DNA of 59,255 nt from Bacteroides sp. (GTDB lineage: Bacteria; Bacteroidota; Bacteroidia; Bacteroidales; GCA-2748055). The notes beneath the pieces were generated by a model. It saw only the letters and a list, made by a program, of their open reading frames with translations, searched no databases and had not been told where the DNA came from. Each line of letters starts with the position of its first letter. Within the stretch, counting starts at the first letter, position 1. The stretch spans positions 1 through 59,255 of the forward strand of contig DSEO01000261.1 of the NCBI GenBank assembly GCA_011056635.1, read 5' to 3'. Below are positions 41,317-51,003 of the stretch, one piece after another. The position numbers were made by a program, and so were the translations under genes.

Positions 41317-42198
41317 ATGCATTTTCTGATCCTCTGCATACTCTCCTCCACAGGCATTTTTCTCATATTCAAAGTCATTGACCGCATCGGTATCCCCGCT
41401 TTTCCCGTTATTGTCATCAACTATCTGGCGGCCACCCTTCTCGGATTTTCCATCAACGCAGGTCCCGTATCTTTATCAGCGCTGAAACAAATGGAATGGC
41501 TTCCCTTCTCCCTGCTCATCGGGGTCCTTTTCATTGTGATGTTTTTCATTGTGGCCCTGGCCACCCGGAAAGCAGGCATCTCTGTCACCACCGTAGCCAG
41601 CAAGATGTCGGTGATCTTTCCCATTGTGGTTTCACTGGTCATTGATCCAACAGACCACCTGACGGTCATGAAGCTGGCCGGGATCATCCTTGCCATTTCG
41701 GGAGTGGGACTCACCGTCTACAAACCTGTTTCGGAACGGCTTGACCTGAGGACCATATACATTCCGGTGATCCTGTTCTTTGGGATGGGTCTGGTGGATT
41801 CACTGGTGAAATATGCGCAACATCATTTTGTCCGCGATCCCGACACGGCCCTTTTCAGTGCCATCCTTTTCCTGAATGCCTTCCTGTCAGGTCTTGTCCT
41901 GGTACTTTTTTTCCCGAAATTCCACCGCTGGTTTTTCAAGCCATCCGTATGGGGAATGGGTGCCCTTCTGGGCGCTGTGAACTTCGGGTCCATCTATTTC
42001 ATCATACGGACACTCAACTTCAGTTTTGCTACAGGATCCGGGATAGACAGCTCGCTGGTTTTCGGGATCAACAACATTGGGATCGTGAGCCTGAGTGTGC
42101 TGGCAGGGCTCTGGATATTCAGGGAACAGCTGGTTCCCCTGAACCGGATCGGAATTGCCCTGTCCATTGCGGCCATCCTCCTGTTTACACTGGCTTAG
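41317..42198 (+). CDS. EamA/DMT family transporter
   Basis: About 10 hydrophobic helices in two repeats, with INY, KMSV and NFGSIYF motifs. Confidence 0.85.
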   Translation: MHFLILCILSSTGIFLIFKVIDRIGIPAFPVIVINYLAATLLGFSINAGPVSLSALKQMEWLPFSLLIGVLFIVMFFIVALATRKAGISVTTVASKMSVIFPIVVSLVIDPTDHLTVMKLAGIILAISGVGLTVYKPVSERLDLRTIYIPVILFFGMGLVDSLVKYAQHHFVRDPDTALFSAILFLNAFLSGLVLVLFFPKFHRWFFKPSVWGMGALLGAVNFGSIYFIIRTLNFSFATGSGIDSSLVFGINNIGIVSLSVLAGLWIFREQLVPLNRIGIALSIAAILLFTLA

Positions 42199-42804
42199 AT
42201 GCGTGATATATACAGGACCATAGCATCCGAATCCAGCGGAATATACAAAGAAAAAGGAAGCAAGTTCCTGGCCTTTGCCTTTCCGGTGGAAACGGAAAAG
42301 ATGATCGAAGAGCGGCTGGGGGAACTGCGTAAGCAGTACCACGACGCACGTCACCAGTGCTATGCCTGGCGCATGGGTCCCTCCATGGAACACTACCGGG
42401 TGAACGATGACGGGGAACCATCGGGGAGTGCCGGGAATCCCATCTTCAATCAGATCCAGTCCCGGGAACTGACCAATGTCCTGGTGGTGGTGGTCCGTTA
42501 CTTCGGTGGCACCCTGCTGGGTGTGGGAGGCCTGATCAGGGCTTACCGCACTGCTTCCGCAGAGGCACTGGACCGGGCCAGGATCATCCAGAGAAAGGTG
42601 TATACAAGACTGAGGCTGAATTTTGGCTACGGGCAGATGAACAGTGTCATGCAACTGCTCAAGAAATACAGGCTCGAGCCATACGACCAGCAGTTTGACA
42701 TGGAGTGCTCTCTCAGGGTGAACGTATGGAAGAGGCAGGCGTCCCGGGTAGTGAAAAGCCTTTCATTGATAGAAGGATGCAGCGTGGCGGAGGAAAGTGC
42801 ATGA
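42199..42804 (+). CDS. yigZ: YigZ/IMPACT family protein
   Basis: KGSKF, ARH.CYA, DDGEPSGSAG, VVRYFGGTLLGVGGLIRAY. Confidence 0.94.
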   Translation: MRDIYRTIASESSGIYKEKGSKFLAFAFPVETEKMIEERLGELRKQYHDARHQCYAWRMGPSMEHYRVNDDGEPSGSAGNPIFNQIQSRELTNVLVVVVRYFGGTLLGVGGLIRAYRTASAEALDRARIIQRKVYTRLRLNFGYGQMNSVMQLLKKYRLEPYDQQFDMECSLRVNVWKRQASRVVKSLSLIEGCSVAEESA

Positions 42805-42901
42805 GAACTTTTGAATTTGTTATCAACACCTGGTCTGCCCGTCAGCGGCAATGTTATATTTACATAAAAAACCGCTTCATTGAAAATCAATTTGCATCAG
42901 G

Positions 42902-43810
42902 ATGAAAAATAAAAATCTCGTATCAATCACGGATTTCTCCAGGGAGGAATACATGAGGATCCTGGAACTTGCCGCCGAGTTTGAAAAAATGCCCAGGCAG
43001 AATATCCTCAAAGATTATGTGATCTCCACACTGTTCTTTGAACCTTCCACCAGGACCCGCCTGAGCTTCGAAACAGCCATCAATGCCCTTGGAGGCAAGG
43101 TCATCGGGTTCGTGGACTCGGGGGCGACCAGCACCACAAAGGGCGAGACCCTCTATGACACCATCAAAATGGTGAGCAATTATGCCGACCTGATCGTGAT
43201 CCGGCATCCATTGGAGGGCAGTGCCAAACTGGCCAGCGAGATCTCCGCGGTACCCATCATCAATGCCGGGGACGGGGCCAATCAGCATCCCACACAGACC
43301 CTGCTGGACATGTATTCCATCCAGAAGACCCAGGGCACACTGGAGAATCTGAAGATCTTCATGGTGGGGGACCTCAAGTACGGCCGCACTGTGCATTCCC
43401 TGCTGATGGCCATGTCCAGGTTCAACTCCACCTTCTATTTCATTGCCCCGGATGAACTGAAATTGCCCTCGGCCTATAAGATCCACCTGGACAAAATGGG
43501 ACTTGAATACCACGAGGGGAAGGATCTTTCCGAATTTCTCCCCGAAGCGGACATCATTTACATGACCCGCGTGCAGCAGGAACGGTTTACAGATCCCATT
43601 GAATACGAACGGGTAAAGAATGCGTATATTCTTCGGAAAAGCATGCTTGAGGGAACCAGGGAGACCATGAAAGTCCTTCATCCCCTCCCCCGGGTCAACG
43701 AGACCCATACCGATGTGGACGACAGTCCCCATGCCTATTATTTCGACCAGGCCAGAAACGGAGTGTTTGTCCGGATGGCCATCATCAGTGCAATTCTGGG
43801 AGTTAAATAA
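42902..43810 (+). CDS. pyrB: Aspartate carbamoyltransferase catalytic subunit
   Basis: FFEPSTRTRLSF, HPTQTLLD, GDLKYGRTVHS, HPLPR. Confidence 0.98.
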   Translation: MKNKNLVSITDFSREEYMRILELAAEFEKMPRQNILKDYVISTLFFEPSTRTRLSFETAINALGGKVIGFVDSGATSTTKGETLYDTIKMVSNYADLIVIRHPLEGSAKLASEISAVPIINAGDGANQHPTQTLLDMYSIQKTQGTLENLKIFMVGDLKYGRTVHSLLMAMSRFNSTFYFIAPDELKLPSAYKIHLDKMGLEYHEGKDLSEFLPEADIIYMTRVQQERFTDPIEYERVKNAYILRKSMLEGTRETMKVLHPLPRVNETHTDVDDSPHAYYFDQARNGVFVRMAIISAILGVK

Positions 43811-43817
43811 TTGAATA

Positions 43818-44273
43818 ATGAAAGACAAACAATTATCAGTCAGCGCAATAAAAGAAGGTACGGTCATCGACCACGTACCTGCGAACGTGGTGTTCAAGGT
43901 TGTTTCCATCCTGAAACTGGACAAAGTTGAAACCATGATCACCATCGGGAACAACCTGGAAAGCAAAAAACTCGGGCAAAAGGGTATCATTAAAATCTCC
44001 CGGGTCTTTTTCGAGGACAATGAGATCAACAAGATCGCCCTGGTGGCCCCCAGTGCCAAGCTCAATATTATCCGTGACTACGAAGTGGTTGAAAAGCGGG
44101 TGGTGACCATTCCCGATGAGATCAAAGGCATTGTCAAATGCGTCAATCCCAAGTGCATCACCAACAATGAGCAGGTAACCACACGTTTTGAGGTGGTGTC
44201 AAAACCGGACGTCAGGCTCAGATGCCACTATTGCGAAAAAATCACGGAACAGGAGAACATTGAGATCATCTGA
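43818..44273 (+). CDS. pyrI: Aspartate carbamoyltransferase regulatory subunit
   Basis: GTVIDH and zinc site CVNPKC...CHYC. Confidence 0.97.
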   Translation: MKDKQLSVSAIKEGTVIDHVPANVVFKVVSILKLDKVETMITIGNNLESKKLGQKGIIKISRVFFEDNEINKIALVAPSAKLNIIRDYEVVEKRVVTIPDEIKGIVKCVNPKCITNNEQVTTRFEVVSKPDVRLRCHYCEKITEQENIEII

Positions 44274-44291
44274 GGGAGCCTTCTGGTCCGG

Positions 44292-44750
44292 TCAGCGGAT
44301 CCGTTCATAGGCCTTCACCAGCAGCTCATCCCTGCGGATCCTTCTGTACCCCAGGTAGAGCAGAATCATGGCGATGAGCGGGATCACGACCCTCCACTGG
44401 TAGATCACCTGCATCCCCTCGAATTTCAGTTTGACGTAACGGACATAATAATAGATCATCCCCAGCATGCCCGCATTGAGCAGGATCAAAAACACACAGA
44501 TCCGCATCTGTCTCACCCTGTTCCTGTAAAAAAATATATTCAGGAAAGCCAGACCCACCACAATGGCGAAATATAACGTGAGGGGCCATGTATCCACATC
44601 CAGCCGGTCACCCGGCCGGTCAAACGCTCCCGAGTGCCCGAGAAGAATCTCCCCTGTATCCACAGGGATCAGGGCCAGCGGTCCGGTCAGCAGGAACAGG
44701 GACAGGATGAAGACCGCAAGCAGATAAAGTGTCTGTGGTCTCTGTAACAT
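44292..44750 (-). CDS. DUF4293 family membrane protein
   Basis: MLQRPQTLYL start, four TM helices, IRRDELLVKAYERIR end. Confidence 0.85.
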   Translation of the reverse strand: MLQRPQTLYLLAVFILSLFLLTGPLALIPVDTGEILLGHSGAFDRPGDRLDVDTWPLTLYFAIVVGLAFLNIFFYRNRVRQMRICVFLILLNAGMLGMIYYYVRYVKLKFEGMQVIYQWRVVIPLIAMILLYLGYRRIRRDELLVKAYERIR

Positions 44751-44756
44751 GACCTG

Positions 44757-45572
44757 TTAATTTCCGCCCAGGATCATGGGCAATCCGTCCTCTCCGCTTC
44801 CGATCACCACCACTTTGCTGTTGGGTGAGTTGGCAAGTTCCAGGGTGGCATCGATGCCTTTCTGCTGCAGGATCCGGTCCGTCAGCGAGGCGCTGATGAT
44901 CTTATTATAGTCGGCAATCCCCTGCGCTTCAATCCTTTTTCTTTCCGCTTCACTCGTTTCCCTTTCCAGCCTGAACTGGTAGGCGAGTGCTTCCTGTTGC
45001 TGCTGAAGCTTGCTTTCGATGGCCTGCTTGATCTTGTCCGGAAGGGCAATGGAACGGATCAGCAAATCCTTCATCTCAATGTCCTTTAAACTGAGCGCCT
45101 TCCGTGTGGCTGCAATGATCTCGGTTTCCACCTCCCCACGCTTTGTCGAATAGATCTCCTCTGCATTAAATCGTCCGGTCACCGCCCTTACAGAAGACCT
45201 CACATTGGGGATCACCATCACATCCACGTAATTTACCCCGATGTTCTCGTGAAGGTAACCGATCTTGTCATAAAAAGGATTGAAAATAATGGTCACATCC
45301 AGGTTGATGGAGAGCCCTCCCTTGTCCAGCACATCCATGGTCTCCTCGCGCTTCTGCTCTTTCACATCGTAGCGGATCGGGTCATTCCAGGGTGCGATCA
45401 CATGGAATCCCGGTACATAAATATTCTCCTTGTCGAGTCCTCCGGAGAATCGCTTGAAAATTACCGCGCGTTCACCCGGTTTCAAGACGAAGAACATCCT
45501 GCTGCCGAAAATAAGCAACAGTACCACAACTGCCACTACACCGATAATAATGTATTGTACTCTTTTCATCAT
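44757..45572 (-). CDS. Prohibitin/SPFH (band 7) family protein
   Basis: N-terminal TM helix, PGERAV, PGFHVIAPWN, EAERKRIEAQG coiled coil. Confidence 0.92.
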   Translation of the reverse strand: MMKRVQYIIIGVVAVVVLLLIFGSRMFFVLKPGERAVIFKRFSGGLDKENIYVPGFHVIAPWNDPIRYDVKEQKREETMDVLDKGGLSINLDVTIIFNPFYDKIGYLHENIGVNYVDVMVIPNVRSSVRAVTGRFNAEEIYSTKRGEVETEIIAATRKALSLKDIEMKDLLIRSIALPDKIKQAIESKLQQQQEALAYQFRLERETSEAERKRIEAQGIADYNKIISASLTDRILQQKGIDATLELANSPNSKVVVIGSGEDGLPMILGGN

Positions 45573-45666
45573 GCATGGTTTTAATTCACAGGAATGTGAG
45601 TAAGTATTTATAGCGCCGCCGTAAAATTACATTATTTTTATTGAAAACAGCGGAAGAACAAGATTT

Positions 45667-46554
45667 ATGCCTGCAATCGATCCCACAGACCTGATACTGA
45701 ACCCCGACGGAAGCATTTACCATTTGCACCTGAAACCCGGGGATGTGGCCGGTACCATCATCCTGGTAGGCGATCCCGGGCGGGTCAGCCAGGTTTCTTC
45801 GCATTTCGACACCGTTGATGTGCAGAAATCGAACCGCGAATTCGTAACCCATACGGGAACCTGCCGGGGAAAACGCCTGAGCGTCCTGTCCACGGGGATC
45901 GGTCCGGATAACATCGATATCGTGGTCAATGAACTGGATGCGCTGTGGAATATCGACCTGCCCTCCCGGAAGGCGAAAAAGACCCGGAAATCCCTGGAAC
46001 TGGTCCGGATCGGGACAAGCGGTGCACTGCAGGAGGACATTGTGCCGGGGTCCATGATCATGACAGAGATAGCAGGAGGATATGACGGGCTGTATCATTT
46101 CTATCAGGATAAAAAGCAGTTGAACATCCCGGGACTGTCGGAGGCATTCATGCGGCACACAGGCTGGAGCCGCTCACTTCCGGAACCCTATTTTATCAGG
46201 GCATCTGAAAAGCTGGCCGCCAGGATCTCAGAACCGGACTGGTACAGGGGCATCACCCTTTCCACCCCGGGTTTCTACGGGCCCCAGTGCCGGAGCCTCA
46301 GGCTTACACCGCATGATCCAACCCTCATCGGGAAGACAGCAACATTCAGGTACCGGGGGATGCGCATCAATAACTTTGAGATGGAGAGTTCAGCACTCTA
46401 TGCCCTCTCCTCCCTGATGGGGCATGAAGCCCTGACCATCTGCGCCGGGATTGCAAACCGTGTAACAAAAGCTTTCCTGGAAGAGTATAAGGAAACTGTG
46501 GATTCACTTATCGCAAAGGTGCTTGATAAACTGATACCGAATGACATTGCATAG
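45667..46554 (+). CDS. Nucleoside (uridine) phosphorylase, PNP_UDP_1 family
   Basis: GDPGRV, REF, STGIG, RIGTSG, GFYGPQ.R, NFEMES. Confidence 0.92.
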   Translation: MPAIDPTDLILNPDGSIYHLHLKPGDVAGTIILVGDPGRVSQVSSHFDTVDVQKSNREFVTHTGTCRGKRLSVLSTGIGPDNIDIVVNELDALWNIDLPSRKAKKTRKSLELVRIGTSGALQEDIVPGSMIMTEIAGGYDGLYHFYQDKKQLNIPGLSEAFMRHTGWSRSLPEPYFIRASEKLAARISEPDWYRGITLSTPGFYGPQCRSLRLTPHDPTLIGKTATFRYRGMRINNFEMESSALYALSSLMGHEALTICAGIANRVTKAFLEEYKETVDSLIAKVLDKLIPNDIA

Positions 46555-47407
46555 CCCCGGGGAACTTGAAGCCCTGTTGAGCCTGCTGGAAGACCCTGAC
46601 ACGGAGGTTCAGGAATCGGTGGTGGACCGGCTGATCCAGCTGGGTGAACCGGCTGTTTCTTCCCTTGAAAAACGCTGGGAAGCAACCCTGAGGGTCGACC
46701 TGCAGGAGAAGATTGAAAATGTGATCAGGCAAATCCAGCATCATACCCTGGTCCGGGATATGGAAGCCTGGAGATATTCAGGCGGGAAGGACCTCCTGTA
46801 CGGGGCCTACCTGGTAGCCCGCTTTCAATATCCCGATCTGGAATACGATCCTTTCAACAAAATCGTGGACAGGATCCGGAGGGACATCTGGCTGGAGCTG
46901 AACAACAATCTGACGGCCCTTGAAAAAGTGCGGGTGATCAATTACTTCATGTACGACATCCATAAATTCGATAAAAGCCTGAAAAAGGCACAGTCGCCCC
47001 AGCTTTACCTGGTCAACCATGTCCTTGATACGAAAAAAGGAAGCCCGGTAGTGCTTGGTCTTATCTATGCCGAAGTTGCAAGGCGACTGGAACTTCCCAT
47101 CTTCGGCGTGAACCTGCCCAGGAATTTCGTACTATGCTATTATGATCCGGATTTCCAGGATGATCCCAGCGGGATCCTGTTCTATATCAATCCGTATGAC
47201 AACGGGGCGGTACTGGGAAAGAAGGAACTCCGGTATTTTCTGAAGCAGCTGAATATCGAGGAAAGGGATTTTTATTTCAATCCCTGCTCCAACATTGACA
47301 TCATCGAGCGGCTCGTGCTCAATCTTCAGTTTGCCTTTGACAAATCAGGGCATCCCGATAAGGCGGATATGCTGAAAAGCCTGCTATCCGGAGATCAGAT
47401 TCCGTAA
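46541..47407 (+). CDS. SirB1-like transglutaminase-like domain protein
   Basis: LLEDPD N-terminus, VLDTKKGSP, GVNLPRNF, FYINPY. Confidence 0.82.
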   Translation: MTLHSPGELEALLSLLEDPDTEVQESVVDRLIQLGEPAVSSLEKRWEATLRVDLQEKIENVIRQIQHHTLVRDMEAWRYSGGKDLLYGAYLVARFQYPDLEYDPFNKIVDRIRRDIWLELNNNLTALEKVRVINYFMYDIHKFDKSLKKAQSPQLYLVNHVLDTKKGSPVVLGLIYAEVARRLELPIFGVNLPRNFVLCYYDPDFQDDPSGILFYINPYDNGAVLGKKELRYFLKQLNIEERDFYFNPCSNIDIIERLVLNLQFAFDKSGHPDKADMLKSLLSGDQIP

Positions 47408-48462
47408 TAACTCCTGTACCACTCCACGAAATGTCCGATCCCCTCCTCCACGGAAGTGGAAGGGTTGTAGTTGAAGTCCTCCGCAAGGGAAGTGACATCC
47501 GCCCATGTTTTTTCCACATCTCCGGGCTGGATGGGCATCATTTTTTTTATGGCTTTTTTGCCAAGTGCCTTTTCAATGGCCCCTATGAAGTCGGTCAGCC
47601 TTACAGGATGATTGTGCCCGATGTTATAAAGCCTGTAAGGAGCCGTGGAACCGGACGGGTCGGGATGTTCCGGATCCCACCCATGTTTGGGACCGGGTGG
47701 CTGCGGGATCATTTTCTCGATGCCGGTGACAATGTCGTCAATATAGGTAAAGTCCCGCTCCATCTTCCCGTGGTTAAACACCTCAATGGGCCTTCCTTCA
47801 AAAATCGCCCTGGTAAAAATAAACAGGGCCATATCGGGACGTCCCCAGGGTCCGTATACCGTGAAGAAGCGAAGCCCGATGGTGGGGATCCCGAAAAGGT
47901 GACTGTAAGTATGGGCCATCAATTCATTGCTCTTTTTACTGGCGGCATAGAGGCTCACCGGGTGATCCACATTGGAACCCACGGAAAAAGGCATTTTTTT
48001 ATTCAAACCATATACACTGCTGCTGCTGGCGTAGATCAGGTTACGGACCGGGTGGCGCCTGCATGCTTCCAGGATACTGAGGAAACCGGTGATATTGCAG
48101 TCCACATATGCCTGGGGATTGGTCAGGCTGTAACGCACACCGGCCTGTGCCGCAAGGTTGACCACCACATCAAAATTGCTCCGGGCGAAGAGGTCGAAGA
48201 TCGCTTCCCGGTCCTCCAGCTGCAACTGGATGAACTGATAGCGTTTGTCGGGCCCTCCGGATACCTGCCGGTTGTAAAAGATCTGCTCGCTCGATATACC
48301 CGCCTGCTCCAGGCGAGCATATTTCAGTTCCACATCGTAATAGTCATTGATCGAATCAAGCCCGGTCACCCTGTATCCCCTGCTGACCAGTCGCTTAGCC
48401 AGATGATACCCGATAAACCCGGCGGTTCCCGTGACCAGCACATGTACCCCGGAAGGCTCCAT
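47395..48462 (-). CDS. NAD-dependent epimerase (UDP-glucuronate 4-epimerase-like)
   Basis: GTAGFIG, LAAQAGVRYS, ASSSSVYG, YAASK, RFFTVYGPWGRPDMA. Confidence 0.93.
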   Translation of the reverse strand: MEPSGVHVLVTGTAGFIGYHLAKRLVSRGYRVTGLDSINDYYDVELKYARLEQAGISSEQIFYNRQVSGGPDKRYQFIQLQLEDREAIFDLFARSNFDVVVNLAAQAGVRYSLTNPQAYVDCNITGFLSILEACRRHPVRNLIYASSSSVYGLNKKMPFSVGSNVDHPVSLYAASKKSNELMAHTYSHLFGIPTIGLRFFTVYGPWGRPDMALFIFTRAIFEGRPIEVFNHGKMERDFTYIDDIVTGIEKMIPQPPGPKHGWDPEHPDPSGSTAPYRLYNIGHNHPVRLTDFIGAIEKALGKKAIKKMMPIQPGDVEKTWADVTSLAEDFNYNPSTSVEEGIGHFVEWYRSYYGI

Positions 48463-48472
48463 GCTGTTTTGA

Positions 48473-50041
48473 CTACTTGGCATAGCTGATGGCTCTAGTT
48501 TCCCTGATGACCGTGATCTTGACCTGACCCGGGTAGGTCATCTCATCCTGGATCTTTCTGGCGATATCAAAGGAGAGACTTTCCGCCTCCTGGTCCGAAA
48601 CTTTTTCACTTCCAACGATCACCCTGAGCTCGCGCCCGGCCTGAATGGCATACGTTTTTAACACACCGGGATAGGACAGTGCCAGCGCTTCAAGCTCCTT
48701 GAGCCGTTTGATGTATGATTCGACCACTTCACGCCTGGCTCCCGGCCTGGCTCCGGAGATGGCATCACAGACCTGGACGATGGGAGCGAGCAGTGTGGTC
48801 ATCTCCACTTCATCATGGTGTGCCCCGATGGCATTGCAGATCTCCGGTTTCTCCTTGTATTTTTCAGCGAGCTTCATTCCGAATACTGCGTGGGGAAGCT
48901 CCGGTTCATCATCCGGCACTTTCCCGATATCATGGAGCAGTCCGGCCCGTCTGGCGAGTTTGGCATTGAGTCCCAGCTCCGAAGCCATTACTGCACAGAG
49001 ATTGGCCACTTCCCGGGAATGCTGCAGCAGGTTCTGACCGTAGGAAGAACGGTACTTCATCTTGCCCACCATTCTGATCAGTTCCGGGTGAAGACCGTGA
49101 ATTCCCAGATCGATGGCGGTCCTTTTCCCCACTTCAATGATCTCTTCTTCAATCTGCCTGGTGGTTTTTGTAACGATCTCCTCGATCCTGGCCGGGTGAA
49201 TCCGGCCATCGGTAACAAGCTGATGGAGAGCGAGCCGTGCCACCTCCCTCCTCACGGGATCGAAGGCGGAAAGGATAATGGCTTCCGGAGTATCATCCAC
49301 GATGACCTCCACACCGGTAGCAGCTTCAAGGGCACGTATATTGCGCCCCTCTCTTCCGATGATACGCCCTTTCAGTTCATCGGATTCAATGTGAAAGACA
49401 GTGACCGCATTTTCAATGGCAGTTTCTCCGGCCACCCGCTGGATGGACTTGATCACAATGTTCTTGGCCTCCTTGTTTGCGGTCATTTTAGCCTCATCCA
49501 CAATCTCATTGATCAGCGACATGGCTTCGCTCCGGGCTTCCTCTTTCAGGGATTCCACCAACTGGGATTTGGCCTCCTCGGCAGACATTCCGGAAATGGT
49601 CTCCAGCTGTTCCACCTGCATCCTGTGTGCCCTTTCCAGCTCCTCTTTCCTTTTTTCGACGATCTCGATCTGCATGTTGAGGTTTTCCCTGATGGCCTCG
49701 ATTTCAGAATTCTTTCTTTGCAGATCCTCTTGCTTCTGGGACAGAGAAAACTCTTTCTGCTTTATCTCATTCTCCCGCTGATTGATTTTACTATTCTTCT
49801 CATTGATGAGCTTTTCGTGCTCTTCCTTCAGCTGAAGGAACTTTTCCTTGGCCTGGAGTATCTTCTGCTGTTTGATCATTTCAGCTTCCCCCTCGGCCTC
49901 CCTGATGATATTGCTGCTTTTCCTGTTCGTCAGCGTATTGATCACAAGGAAAGCTACTCCCGCACCCACCAGCAATGAAGCTCCTCCGATCAACCAGGTC
50001 ATGGTTGCCTGCAGCACCAATGATTGCATTAACAGTTCCAT
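48473..50041 (-). CDS. rny: Ribonuclease Y
   Basis: N-terminal TM helix, coiled coil, KH motif [15 protein letters not shown] motif [18 protein letters not shown]. Confidence 0.97.
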   Translation of the reverse strand: MELLMQSLVLQATMTWLIGGASLLVGAGVAFLVINTLTNRKSSNIIREAEGEAEMIKQQKILQAKEKFLQLKEEHEKLINEKNSKINQRENEIKQKEFSLSQKQEDLQRKNSEIEAIRENLNMQIEIVEKRKEELERAHRMQVEQLETISGMSAEEAKSQLVESLKEEARSEAMSLINEIVDEAKMTANKEAKNIVIKSIQRVAGETAIENAVTVFHIESDELKGRIIGREGRNIRALEAATGVEVIVDDTPEAIILSAFDPVRREVARLALHQLVTDGRIHPARIEEIVTKTTRQIEEEIIEVGKRTAIDLGIHGLHPELIRMVGKMKYRSSYGQNLLQHSREVANLCAVMASELGLNAKLARRAGLLHDIGKVPDDEPELPHAVFGMKLAEKYKEKPEICNAIGAHHDEVEMTTLLAPIVQVCDAISGARPGARREVVESYIKRLKELEALALSYPGVLKTYAIQAGRELRVIVGSEKVSDQEAESLSFDIARKIQDEMTYPGQVKITVIRETRAISYAK

Positions 50042-50069
50042 AGGTTTCTCGTTTATGTAAAATAAAAAA

Positions 50070-50264
50070 CCCGCATATTTCTCCAAGATTTAATTAAACC
50101 CCACTACGACATGGGTGAAGCTGCCGGACTGTATCAAGTTTCCAATGACCGAACGAATTCAGTATCCCGGCGAACCGGGATTTTGGCCTGCTTTTCTCAA
50201 TCCGAGCTTTGCTCCAATGTAATAAATGTTGAGTTCAAAAAATAATTGAAGAAACAATGCGGGC
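50070..50264 (-). ncRNA. ssrS: 6S RNA
   Basis: About 195 nt closed by a long terminal stem (CCCGCAT...ATGCGGG), UGAACUC/GGGUUUA inner stem, and position between zapA and rny. Confidence 0.78.
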
Positions 50265-50297
50265 AAACTCTTATATATTCAAAGAACGATATTACTC

Positions 50298-50582
50298 TTA
50301 TTTCAGCATTTCATCCAGCTCGCTGCTCAATAATCCCAGCTCCTTTTCCAAAGATACAACATTTTGCTGTTGTTCACAATCCAGCAAGTTGATGACGAAC
50401 TGCAGGGCTGCCATGGCGATAAAATCCTGTGCATCCTTATCGGTATATCTCTGCTTATACTGAAGGATCTTATCATTGATCAGCCGGGCTGCTTTTCGTA
50501 TCTTTTCCTCATCCTGCCGCTGTATTTTTAGGGGATAAAAACGCTCTGCAATCTGGACTTTGATGGACAGTTGTTCTTCCAT
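50298..50582 (-). CDS. zapA: Cell division protein ZapA
   Basis: IAERFYPLKI, EEKIRKAA, QDFIAMAALQF, C-terminal coiled coil. Confidence 0.9.
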   Translation of the reverse strand: MEEQLSIKVQIAERFYPLKIQRQDEEKIRKAARLINDKILQYKQRYTDKDAQDFIAMAALQFVINLLDCEQQQNVVSLEKELGLLSSELDEMLK

Positions 50583-50589
50583 GATCCCC

Positions 50590-50886
50590 TTATGATCTGT
50601 TTAAAAGAGCAATACATTTGTCTATCTCCCGCACAATTCTGTTGATTCTTACCCTGGCACCATTCACATCATCGCTGTCCGCCATGATGCTTTTCACCAG
50701 TGCAAGCTGCTGGTTCTTCTGTTCCAGCTCCTCAATCTTCGACTGCTTTTGTTGAACCATCTGCTGAAGTTCCTCATACTGCTCTTTCAATCGCCTATTT
50801 TCATCCTGTTGTTCCTTCAGCCGGAATTTTATCGATTGAATTTTTTCCTTGATCCCCTCCAATATTTCAACATGTTCAACGCTCAT
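50590..50886 (-). CDS. Coiled-coil protein (ZapB-like)
   Basis: Heptad coiled coil ending IVREIDKCIALLN, immediately upstream of zapA. -7 element TATATTTG at 50915-50908. Confidence 0.8.
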   Translation of the reverse strand: MSVEHVEILEGIKEKIQSIKFRLKEQQDENRRLKEQYEELQQMVQQKQSKIEELEQKNQQLALVKSIMADSDDVNGARVRINRIVREIDKCIALLNRS

Positions 50887-51003
50887 TCAACAGAGATATA
50901 TACAACACAAATATATAACTATTTTAATAATATTAAACGGGCGGTATTTCTTAATCAGGTATAAAAATATAGCTTTGAAGCGTCACCATACAAACATGAC
51001 ATC

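Noticed and set aside
42923-44065. 380-aa minus-strand ORF
   Set aside because: Antisense shadow of pyrBI with no protein motifs.
47431-49978. 352-aa and 387-aa plus-strand ORFs
   Set aside because: Antisense shadows of the epimerase and rny, typical of biased codon usage.
50042-50086. Longest-ORF starts for rny, and similarly nhaA 1920, FG-GAP 5310, secA 29866, lptD 37425
   Set aside because: The extensions overlap the 6S RNA, predicted promoters or neighbouring genes. Downstream starts fit better.
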